Source of the DNA: Vitrella brassicaformis CCMP3155
Taxonomy: Eukaryota > Protista > Chromerida
Assembly (NCBI GenBank): GCA_001179505.1
Contig: CDMY01000317.1
Coordinates: 1 to 64,000 of the forward strand
Reading direction: 5' to 3'
DNA: 64,000 nucleotides
The translations under genes were made by a program, and so were the position numbers. Positions 1 to 12,551 of this stretch are shown one piece after another (position 1 is the first letter of the stretch; every line of letters starts with the position of its first letter). The notes under the pieces are model-generated. The model had not been told where the DNA came from. It saw only the letters and a program-made list of their open reading frames with translations, and did not search any database.

Positions 1-48
1 GGGGGGCGGGACGGCAGGGAGACGTTCAGGTCGCTGCAGCTGACGTGA
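1..48 (+). CDS. 3' end of an ankyrin-repeat family paralogue (gene begins upstream of the window)
   Basis: Frame 1 reads GGRDGRETFRSLQLT*, matching the C-termini of the copies at 43105 (GRDGRKTFRSLRMT*) and 59966 (GRDGRETFRSLQMT*). The following 3' flank (acagatttgggtgg...ttttgatgtgtggatg) also matches 43120-43166. Confidence 0.85.
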   Translation, partial: GGRDGRETFRSLQLT

Positions 49-1082
49 GAAGCTGACATGCACAGATTTGGGTGGCAGGGAGGTAGGGCAGGTTGGGGGA
101 ATTTTGATGTGTGGATGTCGCTTCCCGACTCACATGAGTGTTTCCCCATAACTTCCGTCTGCGGATGTGGGCCATCGTTGCATTCATGGCGCGATGGTAG
201 ATGGGGCAGTGGATGGAATGAAGGCAGCTAGACAGGCAGGCAGACGGAGAGACGTCACTGTTCATGTGTCGACCCACTATGGAGGTGTCACATGGTTAAC
301 GATGCACCTGCTGCCTGCCTGTCTGCACTGCACGCAACGGGGACAGTGGCTGGTTGGCTGCCCGCGGATGGACATTTTGAAATATGTCATGTGTTGGTGT
401 GTGTAGTGAGTGACTGAATGAGTTTTGTTTGTGTGTGAAACACTCACTTAGTGTGGCCAATAAAGCGGCGCATTGAGAATATGGCATGTTCACGACAAAG
501 CTGTCGAGTGACGAATAGCTGCTATCGACTGACTTCCCTCCATGCATGCACCCACATACCGTGTGTGCGGCGTAGGATTGAAGATATTCACACAATCAGA
601 CGAGTCCCGCACACACTATGAATCCAGCCATCCATCCATCCATCCGCTGTCATACCAGGAGAAAACGGCCTCGCTCTGCTCCTCTTTGGAGCTCCCGCAT
701 ATGAGTGTCATGATAGTGATTCTGCAATGGGACGTGCCCGTGGATAAGGCATGAACGAACGAATCACTCGTCATTCTCTCGAGTCACACGAGCGTGTGCT
801 TGAATGTAAGCCAAGCAATGAATCAATCAATGATGGATCATTGTCATTCATTCATTCATTCAGTGAATCACTGCATCAATGCGGACAACCCCTCTCGGTT
901 GCTTCGCTTGGGAGACGGCCCCTCTCGTGCCGGCCAACCAGGAAGCAGTCGGTCACGCCAGCCATCCATCCATCCATCCACAGCAAAGCCCCCCCACCTG
1001 CCTGTGTCCCTCATTCATCTTCGTCGTCCACTACTCCTCCATCACATCGTCACCGCCGCTCTCCAAATCCCCCTCGAGTCAG

Positions 1083-3386
1083 CTACTGGAGTGCGGCCCC
1101 CAGTTGCTGCCATGTGAACTGGCAGTCCGCATCCCCCAGGTGGGTGTTGAAGCCCTTGACCACCGCCCCATCCGCCAGCCCCCACTTGGCCGCCTCGTCC
1201 ATCCTGGCCCGATGCACCACCTCACGCAGACCCAGATGGCCACGTGTGTGCACCGCCTCGCGCGGACGGCTGTCGAGACCCTCGAGCACGAAGCACTGCA
1301 GCTGCGGCAGACGCACCACCTGGCCGCCCACATCGGCCGTCCCGCCCACCACCTCCCTGTTGCTGCTGGCCTGGTACACTGCCGACTTGACGAAGTGCTC
1401 CGCTGCCGCACACACACGGCGGGCCATGTCGCTGTGCCGCACACCGATGGCCTCACTGATGGCCTCCTGGGCGGCATTCATGTCGACGAGGTATGAGGCG
1501 ATGCGCCAGCCGAAGATAGGGGCCTCCAGCGGACGGACGGCCAGCCAGGGGGCCAGGAGGGCCGCGAGTTGGCGGTGGGGGGCGAGGGCGGCGTTGACGG
1601 CCGACATGACGGCAGCGGGCAGCTCATTGAGCACCGTCGCATACTCAGTGAGCACCAGCTGACGCTGACGGCGGTCCTCCTCCGTGCCTGTGGGGATGAG
1701 ATTGATGTCGGCCCCCGCCCGCAGCAGGCTGCGGATGGTCAGCTTGAGGTTGGGAATCTCAGCGCGACACCGCTCTTTGTCGGGCTCGGGTGTGTCCGGG
1801 TCCTGCAGCTGTTGGGTGTGCCAATCGAGCTGTCTTTCGGCTATGGCGAGGGGCGTGTCGCCGAGGCCGTCATGTCCATCGATCTGGTCAGCGGGCAGCT
1901 TGCGGCAGAGGTAGTCGGCCACTGGGGGAGAGCCATACGCTGCCGCGTAGTGCAATGGCGTCCATCCAATGCCGGCCCCTACCGTCATGTCGGTGCCCTT
2001 CATTCTGATGAGGTCGAGGTAGCTGTCGATGAAGGACTGGGGATAGTGCCCCCCCGCCACCTCGGCTGCCTGGTGCACCAGGTTGAGGCCATAGCGTTCT
2101 TCGGTGGCGAGGGTGGGGTCTCGTGCGACGAGTCGCTCATACAGCGACAGCAGCAGCTCCAGATACTGCGGGGGAGGCGGACGCAGCGGACGCGGCAGCT
2201 GCATCACCATGCATTCGTCTGCTGCGCGCAGGTCGATGTTGGGACGTGCCATCAGTATGTCGAAGGCCGTCTGGTTGCCGCAAGCAGTCGCCAGCCGGAT
2301 GGGCGTCCAGACGCTCCCATCGGCCTCCAAATTGGGGTCGGCGCCTCCGTCGAGGAGTGCGGTCAGGACGGCCGCCTGCAGCTCGTCAGATGACCAGTGG
2401 GGCAGGGCGACGAGACGGGGGACAGCACCATCATCGTCTTCTGCTTTGACAGTCCGAATGGTGTAGCCCGATTTGTTGTCAATGGCGATGGCGAGCAGGG
2501 GGTAGCCGAAGACGGTGGGGATGTTGGTGCTGCCCCTGGCCACCAGCCCAGTCATGACATCTGGGTCGGCGCCCTGCTGCCGGATGAGGTCGGTCACTTC
2601 TCGCGCACTGGTGAAGCGGCGGCCGATGATGCACCGTGACAGCTCCCTGGTGGCGTCGCTGGTGCCCTCGGGGAATCGAGCCTCCAGCTCGTCGAGTCCG
2701 ATATGGCCGTCCGGCACAGGGACAGTGGGATCCGCCAGGCCACTGAGAGGATGACCTGTGACACACACAGAGCCAACACAACGGACGATGCACAGGATCC
2801 TCCCTCGTCTGTCTGGCGTACCTTCCTTCTCATAATCATTGTAGTCGTCATCCAAGTCTCTGTCATCGATATCGTCACCTCGGTCGTCGTCATCACCATC
2901 ATTCTCCTGCACGCAATCCAGACACACAACAAAGAGGCAAGGGAGAACAAACGACGTATGTGCCTCCATCGCATGGACCAGTGCTGTTGTCGATGAGTGC
3001 CTCACCGATTCGTTCTCATTCGCCGCCTGCGGACCCTTCTCACCGTCGGCCATCTCGTGAGCCATCTCGCCCTGCTGCTGCTGCTGGTCGTCTGAACACC
3101 ACCACATAAATCGAGCAACCAGGCCTGAGTGTGCTGCTGATGTGTGTGTGGAACGGTCTGTGTGGCATGGCTTGTAACTCACCCCTATCGACGCTGTCGA
3201 GATCCAGTTCCTCCGCCTGCCCAATGCCACTATGCTCCTCCTCAGCTGCATCGCCTGCATACACCACAGATGCACAGGAATGATACGATGCTGTGTGTCT
3301 GATGCGCTGCATTAGTGTGACGCACCTGCATCGTCCTTTCCACATCCAGTGCAAGAGTGCATCTTGGTATCGTGACACTCAGACAT
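1083..3386 (-). CDS. Ankyrin-repeat protein of an expanded family, copy 1 (5 exons)
   Basis: Exons 3386-3326, 3254-3183, 3091-3006, 2906-2822 and 2755-1083; all GT-AG with consistent phases. Ankyrin motifs LLDGGADPN, WTPLHYAAAYG, DTPLAIA and LLRAGADIN. Acidic low-complexity N-terminus. Homologous to copies 2 and 3. Confidence 0.85.
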
Positions 3387-3908
3387 CACTCAACACAGAC
3401 ACCAACAGCCGCACGATCCACACAAGAGAGGCAACAAGAGGTTGGGATCCCTTTGTGCCCGCGCTGTGGCTGTGCTCACCTTTGATGAGTCAATAAATGG
3501 CTGTGTAGAGGCGTTCAACCAGTCCGTGCTGCCCCGTTGGTAAAACAGCTCTGCATTCCACAATGTCGGCACACAGAGGCAGCAAACCACATGATGATGG
3601 CGTGCTGAGCCAACCAATTGCATCCTCGCTCACCGTGGATGAGAGCTGCCACGTGGCGCACGCTGATCTATGGACGCTAAGTCAGGTAAACCAAACCCAG
3701 CCGCTGATGGACAACTCCCGACTGTCGGTGGGAAAAAGACAGTGTCCTTCTCTGCAATTGCTTCTCTGCAGCGTCAGCTCGCACTGCCTGGGGGCCTGGG
3801 GGGTTCCCCGTCTCCGAGTCCAACTTACACTGGCACGGGCTTAATTTCGTTGTTGCTGTCTCGACGAACGCCATCTTCGTTTCCCGCTTTCCATCCATCA
3901 ACCCAACC

Positions 3909-4778
3909 ATGAAGAGGCTTTCCGCCAGTCCGCAGGCCGGTCCTCATCGATGCAGCACCGCATCAACTTTTCACACGGATGCCGATGCATCGCCCAGGTC
4001 AGCGCCGTCGCCGTTGGCCGACCGGAACGCGGTCTCGACGTGGCTATGGCGCTTGGACATCAGCCTTCTAATCGTCATGGTCCTCTTGACCAGCTACATA
4101 ACTCAGCTAGCCATACTTGCGGACGCTGTGCCGATCAATGTGGCCATCGCACAGCTGGTCATTGGAGTCCTCTGGCTCATCTGCACTGTTTCCATGGGCT
4201 TCTTTGCATCCGACTCGGCCGAGTGGCGCCAGATCACTCCAAGACATTCAACCTTTATCGCCGTCGAGGACAGCCGGGATCAACTATTCGACCTTCGGCC
4301 GCCCATGCGCGAAGGCCATGATGCCCGCGCCATCGACAAGCATTCTCAGCAACCCGCTGTTCCCAGCCCCTCACGGGAAAGTCAGCCTGGCGCACTTAAG
4401 CCAACACGCGACCTGGACGTGCAGGACGCGAATGACGAAGGCATCGTGTCGGAGCTGGTGTCGGAGTCTTTGTCTGATCCATGGCAAGATGCTGCTGCGA
4501 CTGACGCGCCACCAACTGGCGAGCAGCAAGTACCAGCGTCATCTAACGTCGACAGCCTCATCCCCAACTCCCTCAGCTCACTTGCCTGCGAAGACGAGCC
4601 AACTACAGTTCCTCTCACACGAGCGGCACGCCAGAGAGACAAGAGCTGGACAGCCCGCACCTGCGCATGGCTGGGTAAAAGGGTCAGCTTTCGCTCGCGG
4701 CAGGGCGAGATCAAATTGAAAGAAGTGACAGAATGGGATGATGAGGAGAATGGATTCGTTGTGATCGAGAAGAGGTAG
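3909..4778 (+). CDS. Hypothetical membrane protein: two closely spaced TM helices and a long disordered tail
   Basis: Intronless 289-aa ATG-started ORF. Hydrophobic segments ISLLIVMVLLTSYITQLAILA and INVAIAQLVIGVLWLICTVSMGFFA, followed by an S/P/E-rich tail ending EWDDEENGFVVIEKR. Confidence 0.6.
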   Translation: MKRLSASPQAGPHRCSTASTFHTDADASPRSAPSPLADRNAVSTWLWRLDISLLIVMVLLTSYITQLAILADAVPINVAIAQLVIGVLWLICTVSMGFFASDSAEWRQITPRHSTFIAVEDSRDQLFDLRPPMREGHDARAIDKHSQQPAVPSPSRESQPGALKPTRDLDVQDANDEGIVSELVSESLSDPWQDAAATDAPPTGEQQVPASSNVDSLIPNSLSSLACEDEPTTVPLTRAARQRDKSWTARTCAWLGKRVSFRSRQGEIKLKEVTEWDDEENGFVVIEKR

Positions 4779-6023
4779 ATCGAGAAACCTTCCTTTAGAC
4801 AAAGAGACGGACAGCAAACATCTTTGTATGTGTGTTCTCTGTGGATGTCCTTTCATCTTCAGCGAGGTTTTTCCCCCCGCAACACTCCCCGCATCACCCC
4901 AGCCATACAACACTACACGACAGGCGGATCAGAGCAGCCTGCACGTCAGAAAGAGGCCAAGGGCGGAGACATGATAAAGCAACAATGGAGAGACATGGTG
5001 CTTGTCTGCTTGCAGGAACCAACGTTGATAGAGCGGTATCAAAGCTGGATTGAGGAGTCATGAGAGTGGTTCGGAGGCGGAGTTGCCCGACAAGGACGAG
5101 GCGGCATGACACTGTGGGCGGCCTGCTGGCCGCCCGTCGAGACGGACGTCGAGTGGTCCGTCCAGCATAAAATGACACAACAGCCCGCTTTCCGCTCGCA
5201 CAGCTCAAGAGGCAAAGCCAGCATCCTGAACTGCCAGCGGCTCTCGAGGATGCGCAGAAGAAACAGTGACAGAGGGGGAGGGATTGGGGGCTTACAGGCT
5301 GCTTTTTGTGGAAGCGTGACGGGAGGGGCGAGAGGGGCAGCGACGGTTTGTTTTGTTCTCATGTCGATCCCTGTGGGAGGAAAGGGTGGTGTGTTGCTCA
5401 TCTGATACAGATGTCCCACACTAGAGAGTGACTTGACGATTAAAGACCAGACCCCGTGTGTGGAGTGGATGAATATGCAATGACGTCAAAGCTTTAAGAA
5501 CCCGGCTCACGTCTCATGCACAGCGTACACACATAGGCTGAGATCTGAGTCAAAACACACGCACCCTCGCCAGACTTGTCATCACATCGCGAGGCGAGAT
5601 TGCGATCTCCTCAAAAAGTCTCCGAACCTTAAGCACGTCATGGTGGGTAGATGGTATTCAACTGTTGCCGACGAGCAAGCAGCGACACACACACACGCAC
5701 AAATGGATCCACACATAAAGCCAAAACCACACGTACACTGACAGGCGATGTCGCAAGCACCATAGAAACAGGGATATAACAGTCGGCCACTTGCCACCTC
5801 AATACACCACACCGATTTTCCCACACACATAACTACCCTACCTGCATGCCTGTCTGCTTTTGGCCAGAGCTCCATAGCTGTCACGTCGAGCGCGCGAGCA
5901 TCATTGACGCGACAGCACTCACCCACTGCCAGCCAGCAGACGGCTGCACATACACACACACGGACGCACATACGCATACACGAACGCGGAGAGAGAAAGA
6001 TGAGAGAAGGACGCATGCAGGAT

Positions 6024-8543
6024 TTACAGGAGTCTCTCTTCCTCTTCCTCCTTGCTAACCTGCAGTGTGTAGACCTCCAAATCGGCGAGGGTGAACTCAT
6101 TGCTTGAGCCTAGGCTGGCGCGATCTTCGAAGTAGATGGCCCCCAGATACTTCTTGTCGGCCGGCAGGCAGTCCTTCAGCACCCAGTGACGACAGCGGGA
6201 AATGGTGGGATCAGGGGCATCGGGCTGGAAGCCGAGCCACAGACGGCCGGAGGCGCCATCAGTCATGTCACCGATGCACACCTTGCCAACCGGCTCATCT
6301 TGAAGGTTCTTGACGCCGGCTTGTGCGCCGGCCACGCAAATACACTGCTCGGCGTTCGACAGGTCGATCTTGGTGATGCCGTCACCATCAAACGCGCCAC
6401 ATACCGAGTACAGCGACACGGCACAGGAGGTCTTCGCCACTGCAGTGGGGTCGGCGGGCGGGGTGAGCCCGCCCTCGATGTGGCAGGCGATGATGGGGCC
6501 ATCGAGGTCTTTGAGCAGCAGCAGGAGGTCGGTGGCGACTTGCTGCTGCTTCTTTGAGCAGCAGCAGGACCCCACATGCTCGAGCAAGGCCTCGTGCTCG
6601 AAGCCGTCAGCCTCACCCCTGACAGACGAACAACGAAGAGCGAAAATGAGAATTCAGTGAGTCAGCCGCTGCCCTCTCTGGTGACTTACTTGTAGAGTAG
6701 GTGTGGTGTTGCGTCCGTCATGCCGGTCGCGTCGACGAGTGCCCGCAGGCAGGACTCACACAGGATGGGGTCGGCCGGCATGGCATCCCACACCTGCACA
6801 CAAGAAGGGGAAGGGATCTCATGACAGGCAAGCGCTTGTGTGACATCTGGTCCATGCCTGGCTTACTGGACTGACCTGGAAGACCTCCACTCGCTGGGCA
6901 GTGAAGCAGGTCGTCTCAGAGCCGGACAGTAACGCAGCGTGGCCGCCCGAGCCCCTGATGGTCTGTCCCGCAAACTTCTTATTGGCCGGCAGCTCTTCCT
7001 GCTTGACCCACTGATGGCACAGGCGAATGTCGTCAGTCGGGCGGTGCAGGCAGAAGTTGTAAGTCGGGTGGCGCTCGCCGTGTCCCAACCACAGGCCGCG
7101 TGCGATGCACATCTTGCCGCACGGCTTGCCCCATCTGTCCGTCACGCCCCCCTTTGTGCCGGCCACCGACACACGCTGGTAGTCCTTTGGGACGTCGATC
7201 TCGGTGATGCCCTCCTCAAACGCACCAGACACCGAAAACAGCGACACGGGGCACCAGAACTGCAACTCGGATGCGGGGTCGGCCGGCAGCTGCAGCTTGG
7301 TGTCGACGAAGGCTGCGATGGTGTGGGTGTCGCTGCACTTGATGACAAACAGGAGGCCGCGGCGGCCGGCCACCCGCCGCATCATGCTCTCATACAAATG
7401 ACCGTGGAGCGCACTCCTGACACACACCACACAGATGAACGGGTTGATAAAACATGGCACAATGCCCTCCCTTTTTTGCCATCTCTCACTTGAAGACGCA
7501 GAGCATTGTTGGTTCCTTCTTGCCAAGTCTGTCGAGGAGCGTCTGCATGACGTCGTTGGCGAGTATGTTGGGGTACATGGCATCCAGCACGCCGTACATG
7601 TCACTCACACGCAACAGCTTGTCCTGGCAACAGCACGTCGGCGGCGCGACGACGGCGCCATCGGGGGAGAGGCGACACCGACGAGCGAAGTCGACGATCC
7701 TGAACAAACCAACAGACGAATCGGTCCGCTCTGTTGTCGCCGCTGGTGGTTGTCTGGGTGCCTACAAATCGAAGTGGTGCCCAGACACATCGACGATTGG
7801 AGTGGCGCCATACCTGCACAAAGGACACAGGAGAGTGAAGGACATCCAATGATCACCACAACAGCGTCCCCATTTCACCCCCCACTTGTACCTTTCTCCT
7901 CACTTGGTGAATCTGTCGTTGAGCGTGTCGAAGTTGGTCAGCGTGGCGTCGGTGGTCGCCACTGTGCGGCCGCCGACAGTCACACTGAGCACCTCCTCCC
8001 CTCCGCTGCCGCCCTTTATGGACGACTTGATGAAGGCGCCCATCATGGCCATGAAGCTCTTGAACAGCGCCTCGGGATGTCCGTCGATGTCGATGGGCGA
8101 CGTGGCGAAGAATATGTCGTGGTAGAAGGTGATGTGCGGCCCCTCGTTGAAGATTTTGATCTCGTCGACCCACCCATGCTTCAAACGGGTCAGCTTCTCA
8201 CACAACCTGACACACATACACAGACAGACAGACAGACACACAGGCAGACGACAGCGAAGCGATGAGTGAATGACTGAATGAGTGTCTTATCGCCGTCGTC
8301 TTATCGCCGTCACCACACGAAGTAGAGTGGATCTGCGTCGATGAAGATTGTCCTCTCGGCGTCCTTGTGCATCCAGTCACCGAACCGATGAAGCAGCACC
8401 GCCAGGCAGGTGTCCCGCAGCCCATCGCGCAGCAGCACGCCACTCGGGAAGGCCATGACGTACCCGCTGACATTGAGCTGCATCACGCCGCCACTCGTGC
8501 TGTCTGCTGCGTCTTTGCTGTCCGTTGACGAGGGCGCCTCCAT
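6024..8543 (-). CDS. BTB/POZ (KCTD/T1-type) x2 plus TLDc-like x2 protein; 3' end uncertain
   Basis: Exons 8543-8314, 8206-7904, 7813-7766, 7699-7490, 7416-6876, 6793-6690 and 6618-6060 or beyond. BTB starts QLNVSG...IFIDADPLYF and VLSVTVGGRTVATT...IVDVSGHHF. TLDc-like starts LCVFKSALHG and LLYKGEADGF, each ending in a (V/L)EV(F/Y) motif. Confidence 0.65.
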
Positions 8544-8623
8544 GTGATGGTTGGGATGGCTGTCAGAGAATCACGATATGGTGTGTGTGCCTGTGTTTCC
8601 GAATCCCCATCCAATCGCTGGCG

Positions 8624-8657
8624 GGGTTTGCAAACCCTATCGGTTTCCAAACCCTAG
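8624..8657. promoter_or_regulatory. Telo-box-like AAACCCT motifs and a 14-bp palindrome upstream of the BTB/TLDc gene
   Basis: gggtttgcaaaccc (perfect palindrome, 8624-8637) and aaaccctag (8649-8657), about 80-115 bp upstream of the ATG at 8543. Function is inferred only. Confidence 0.3.
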
Positions 8658-8937
8658 CGTAACTCTCAGCGGCACGTATGCAGATTTTCTCCCTATATAG
8701 CATGTGTGAGTTGGTCGATCGATTTTAGGACGACCGTCACACACTGCCTGCCTACCGTCACACAGACACACTTTGAGTGACGTACGTGTAAATCACGTCC
8801 CTCAAGAGTCTGACTCACTCACGTCTCACTGCACGTAGAGAAAGATACATACAGAGGCTGAGATCTGGGAGCAGCAGCTCGAGGGTATCATCACACCACC
8901 GCACTCTCTTATCCATCCACCCTCCCACTCCTGCTCG

Positions 8938-11521
8938 TCACATAAATCTCCTAAGCTGCAAGTCTGTCCGCAGCATCCTCTGCACACACACCATCCCACC
9001 AAGACACACAGAGAGAGAGAGACATTGTTGACATACAGACAGCCCTTCCTCCGGTCTCGCGGGGTCACCTCGTATTGTTTGATGCGCTGCGACACCTCCT
9101 GAAGGCCTCTTTGATTATCCCACATCAGCAAAGGCACAAACCCACCGGTAGCATCCTCCGTCCCCTTAGCTTCCTCATGTTGAACCATTGACGCGCCACG
9201 CCTCTCCCCCACTGCCATAACAGGCTGCGCACGGGTGTCGCCTTCCCTTTTCTCTCCCCCATTGCCTTTGTCTTCCTCAGCTGTGTCTCCGCTTCTATAC
9301 CTCGCGAGGGTCACTGCGGTACCGTCACACTGGGCCACAGCGAGCGAGTGCGGCGTCGCTGCATGTGACTGTGGGATGCGGAGAGAGAAGAGACAGGGCT
9401 CGAGAAAGGAATCCAGTCCAGGCTTGACGGACTGAAAGCCCAGCAACTCGCTGCCGTCAAGAAGTAGCATGTTGATCCTGACCCCCACGGTTGCCTGCAT
9501 CGCCTCTCGCCCGGCTAGAATGTCGTTTGCTATCCACTGCGGACGGTCAAAGACTTGAGTGCCGCCCGTCAAGTCCTCGAAAGCCCCCCAGCCAAATAGC
9601 CTACCGTTGACGTCGCAGGCGAGTGTGCGGTCTCCGCCTATCGAGACATGTGTGATGCTGAAGCCGTGCCGCCAGAGATGGAGCACGAGGCTGGGCGGCA
9701 AAAGGGGAGGGGACGGTGGATTGCACGTCTGGCCGGTGTCGTTCGTCCCCCCCGTCCACAGCCATCCGCCCTGCCGCTGGTGGTCCTTCACCCGTCTGCA
9801 GCCGCCAATCAGGGCATAAGTGCCTCGCGGAGATATTGTCACATCACGGAAACGGACAGGCTTCCCGTCTTTGTCGTCCGACCTCCTGACGGACACAGCG
9901 GCGGGCAGCCGACGGACCTGCAGTGGAAGCATGCGTGTGCAACACACGTGTATGGATCGGTAGAGTCAGTTTCTTGAGACCTTGTCGTTTGGGAGCTGCC
10001 CCCAGAAGAATGGCGTCCCTGAGCGTGTCACACACGCGGAACAGTGCTGCCCAGCCGCCACCTTCGTTGCTCGTTCCTGCGTGAAGCGCCCGTCTCACCA
10101 AATCAGCGACGAGAGAGAGACATGCCTCCTTGTCACTCGTGCACTTACCTTCCTCGCCAGCAGATCGACAACCAGACGCGGTATCTCATTGTCTGTCACG
10201 TGTGTCCTGAGGCCGCACTGGCCCTTCCGATTGCTGCCCCACGCCCACACGGCCCCGTGCTGGTCCATGGCGATCAGGTGGTCATGGCCCGCAGCGATCT
10301 GTTCTATGAGGATGGGGATGTGGGAACGAGCAGAGGGGCCGGCAGGGGCGGGGTGGAGGAGAAAGCCTTCATGAAAGGCATGACATGAAGGGAGGGCACC
10401 ATATTCATTCATCGTATTTTTCCGGCCACACCACACTGACCCAGTTTCGTCCCTTGGCCGTCCCGGACGATCGTGACGCCCCCGTTGCTCCCTCGCACGG
10501 CCACAAAATTTCTCCTGCACAATTGCGCAATGCGCATACCGACGTGCTCCTGTGCATTGCTCCCGACTGACCCCAATGCGATCGACAGCACTTGGGGAGA
10601 GTGGCGTAGCATATCCTCGTCTGCCGGCTGGTTGGGGAAGACGTGCATCAGTGACCTTATTTGGGCGTGTGATGACGCATCCAAAGGATCAAACTCCACA
10701 CACAGGGGCTGCAATAAACGCATCGAAGAGACACGAAGATGATGCCGCCAACGAGACAGCCCGTTCTCCCATCCTACTTGTGCAGGCGTCAGCGGGCTGT
10801 GTGTGGCGCCGCTGGCCGATGAGCGTGGCAGTACCATGGTGAATATAGTCTCCTGGTTACCATCGCCTCCCTCTTGTGCTGCTGGTGGTGCTGCGGCTGC
10901 TGACGCACCCACTGACCCACCACTCGACCTGAATGTCGGCACGTGATGAACAACATCAGATCTCCTTCGACCAATGTCTCTGCCGTCCTCCTGGCCGGCC
11001 ATGTGCCTTCTAGCGGCAACGCCACCGTCATCCAAGAGCTGCTGTGGTGCCGGTGCTGCCGATGAACCATGGTTGCTTGACTGGCCGGAATGTGGACGCC
11101 GTGCAGCACGTGGGATGGGTGTCAGGGGATGGCGGTCGCCTTGGAAGTGATACGAAGGCAAAACGGTGCTTTGCAATGGGAATGCTGGTGGCGGAGGTGC
11201 AACGACGCGATGTGTGGCTGTTGGCGGGCAGGGGTCTGCTGAGATGTCGACTGGGCCAGCAACCCGAGGAGGCGGGGAGGGCGTGCGCGGCCTCTTTCTC
11301 ACGCCCGTCGGCGGACATGGATGTGGCTGGAAGGCTATGAAAGACGAGCCGTGGGGTGCCCAGCCTCTCGCTGCTGTGTGCTCTTTTGACGGAGACGACG
11401 CTGCCTGCTTGAAGCGCTCATATGAACTTCCACCAACAAGAACGTCGCGCAGCTGCAGGACATCAGCTGTGGTAGTCAGGTGGCTCTTGAAGCGGCCACA
11501 TTGAGCATCAAATCCGTCCAT
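8938..11521 (-). CDS. RCC1/BLIP-II repeat (beta-propeller) protein with a disordered N-terminus; start uncertain
   Basis: Spliced repeats IEQIAAGHDHLIAMDQHGAVWAWGSNRKGQCG, KVAAGQHCSACVTRSGTPFFWGQ, WLWTGGTNDTGQ and ITHVSIGGDRTLACDVNGRLFGWG. GT-AG junctions are in phase. Last exon predicted as RMLRTDLQLRRFM*. Confidence 0.75.
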
Positions 11522-11637
11522 ACTGCGGGTTAAAAGTTCAAGCGACGTGTGGGGCCGTGGGGGTCAGCAAGCTCGAGCGCGTCTTCAACTTCAAGTTCAA
11601 GCCCGACTCCCACTTTCGTTCCACATTCGCTTTCCCC

Positions 11638-12551
11638 ATGACTGACCAGCAGCAGCAGCGTCGCTCTCCTTCCATTGTGGTTACCGCGCCAATGCAGCTC
11701 CATCAGCAGAGTCAGCCCCACGCTGCCGTACTCGCGGCCTCGTACCCCACGGGCCCTTTCTTCCAGCACCAGCCCTCGTTCGGTGCGTCGTTCGGGTCGC
11801 CACCGCCGCCCCTGCAGCTCCAGAGACCGGGAGGCGACAACCAGCCCGCTCAGCCCGTCGCCTCACCGGTGCACCTCCAGAAGCACGTGGGGTTCCGTTC
11901 GCCGAGGTACATTCCGTCGCCTGCTCACTCCACCAGTGGTTCGCCCAATCGTTCGTCGCTGCTGGGGATGCCGCCCGGCGACATCCGACCCGCTCCGCCC
12001 GTGTATGTGCCGACGCCACGGTACTCGTACCTGCCTCGCGGCAGCCAGGTGCTGAGCATGTACAGCGCCCAGCAGCCGATGTCGGTGCACCCGCTGCTGG
12101 TGACGGAGCAGGGGTTGAGTCCGGTGTCGACCTATCGTGTGTCGGGGGGTTCGTTGGCCTACGGGGAGGGGGCGCCCTCGTCGCCCAGCGGGTCGATATC
12201 GCCTCCACCACACATGATGCAGGGGGGGTCATCGCCGCTGGCTCGGTGCGAGAAGTGGACCGACGCCGCGAACATCTTCAAGGCGCGCATTGGGTATTCG
12301 CTGCCGGGGCTGCGCGAGGACTTCGCGGCGGTATAGAACACGAAAGGAGGGAGGGAGGAACGAAGAGAGACACGTGCTCTTTGGTGTGTGGGTGTGGTTG
12401 GGTTGTGGATTTTCAGGTTGTGTCGGTGTTTGACAAGGAGTTCCAGACGTTGAAGGCCCGGCTGGAGGAGACGACCAAGCGGCTCGATGACGTGCTCGCC
12501 AATATCGAAAAGGAAAAGGAAACCACTGATAAACCAAAAAAAGAGCATTAA
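11638..12551 (+). CDS. Hypothetical Pro/Ser-rich protein with a C-terminal coiled coil (2 exons)
   Basis: Exon 11638-12330, phase-0 intron 12331-12416, exon 12417-12551 encoding VVSVFDKEFQTLKARLEETTKRLDDVLANIEKEKE...*. Confidence 0.7.

Noticed and set aside
751-2466. Long + strand ORFs (303, 274 aa etc.) overlapping ankyrin copy 1; similar antisense ORFs over copies 2 and 3
   Set aside because: Shadow frames of GC-rich coding sequence on the opposite strand; no independent motifs.
4824-5419. Short ORFs on both strands between the 3909 gene and the BTB/TLDc gene
   Set aside because: No recognisable motif and no consistent splice chain; cannot be supported as a gene.
5582-6060. Possible extra terminal exon(s) of the BTB/TLDc gene (e.g. 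WVSAVASMMLARST*)
   Set aside because: Both read-through to 6024 and splicing are possible; there is no homology evidence to choose between them.
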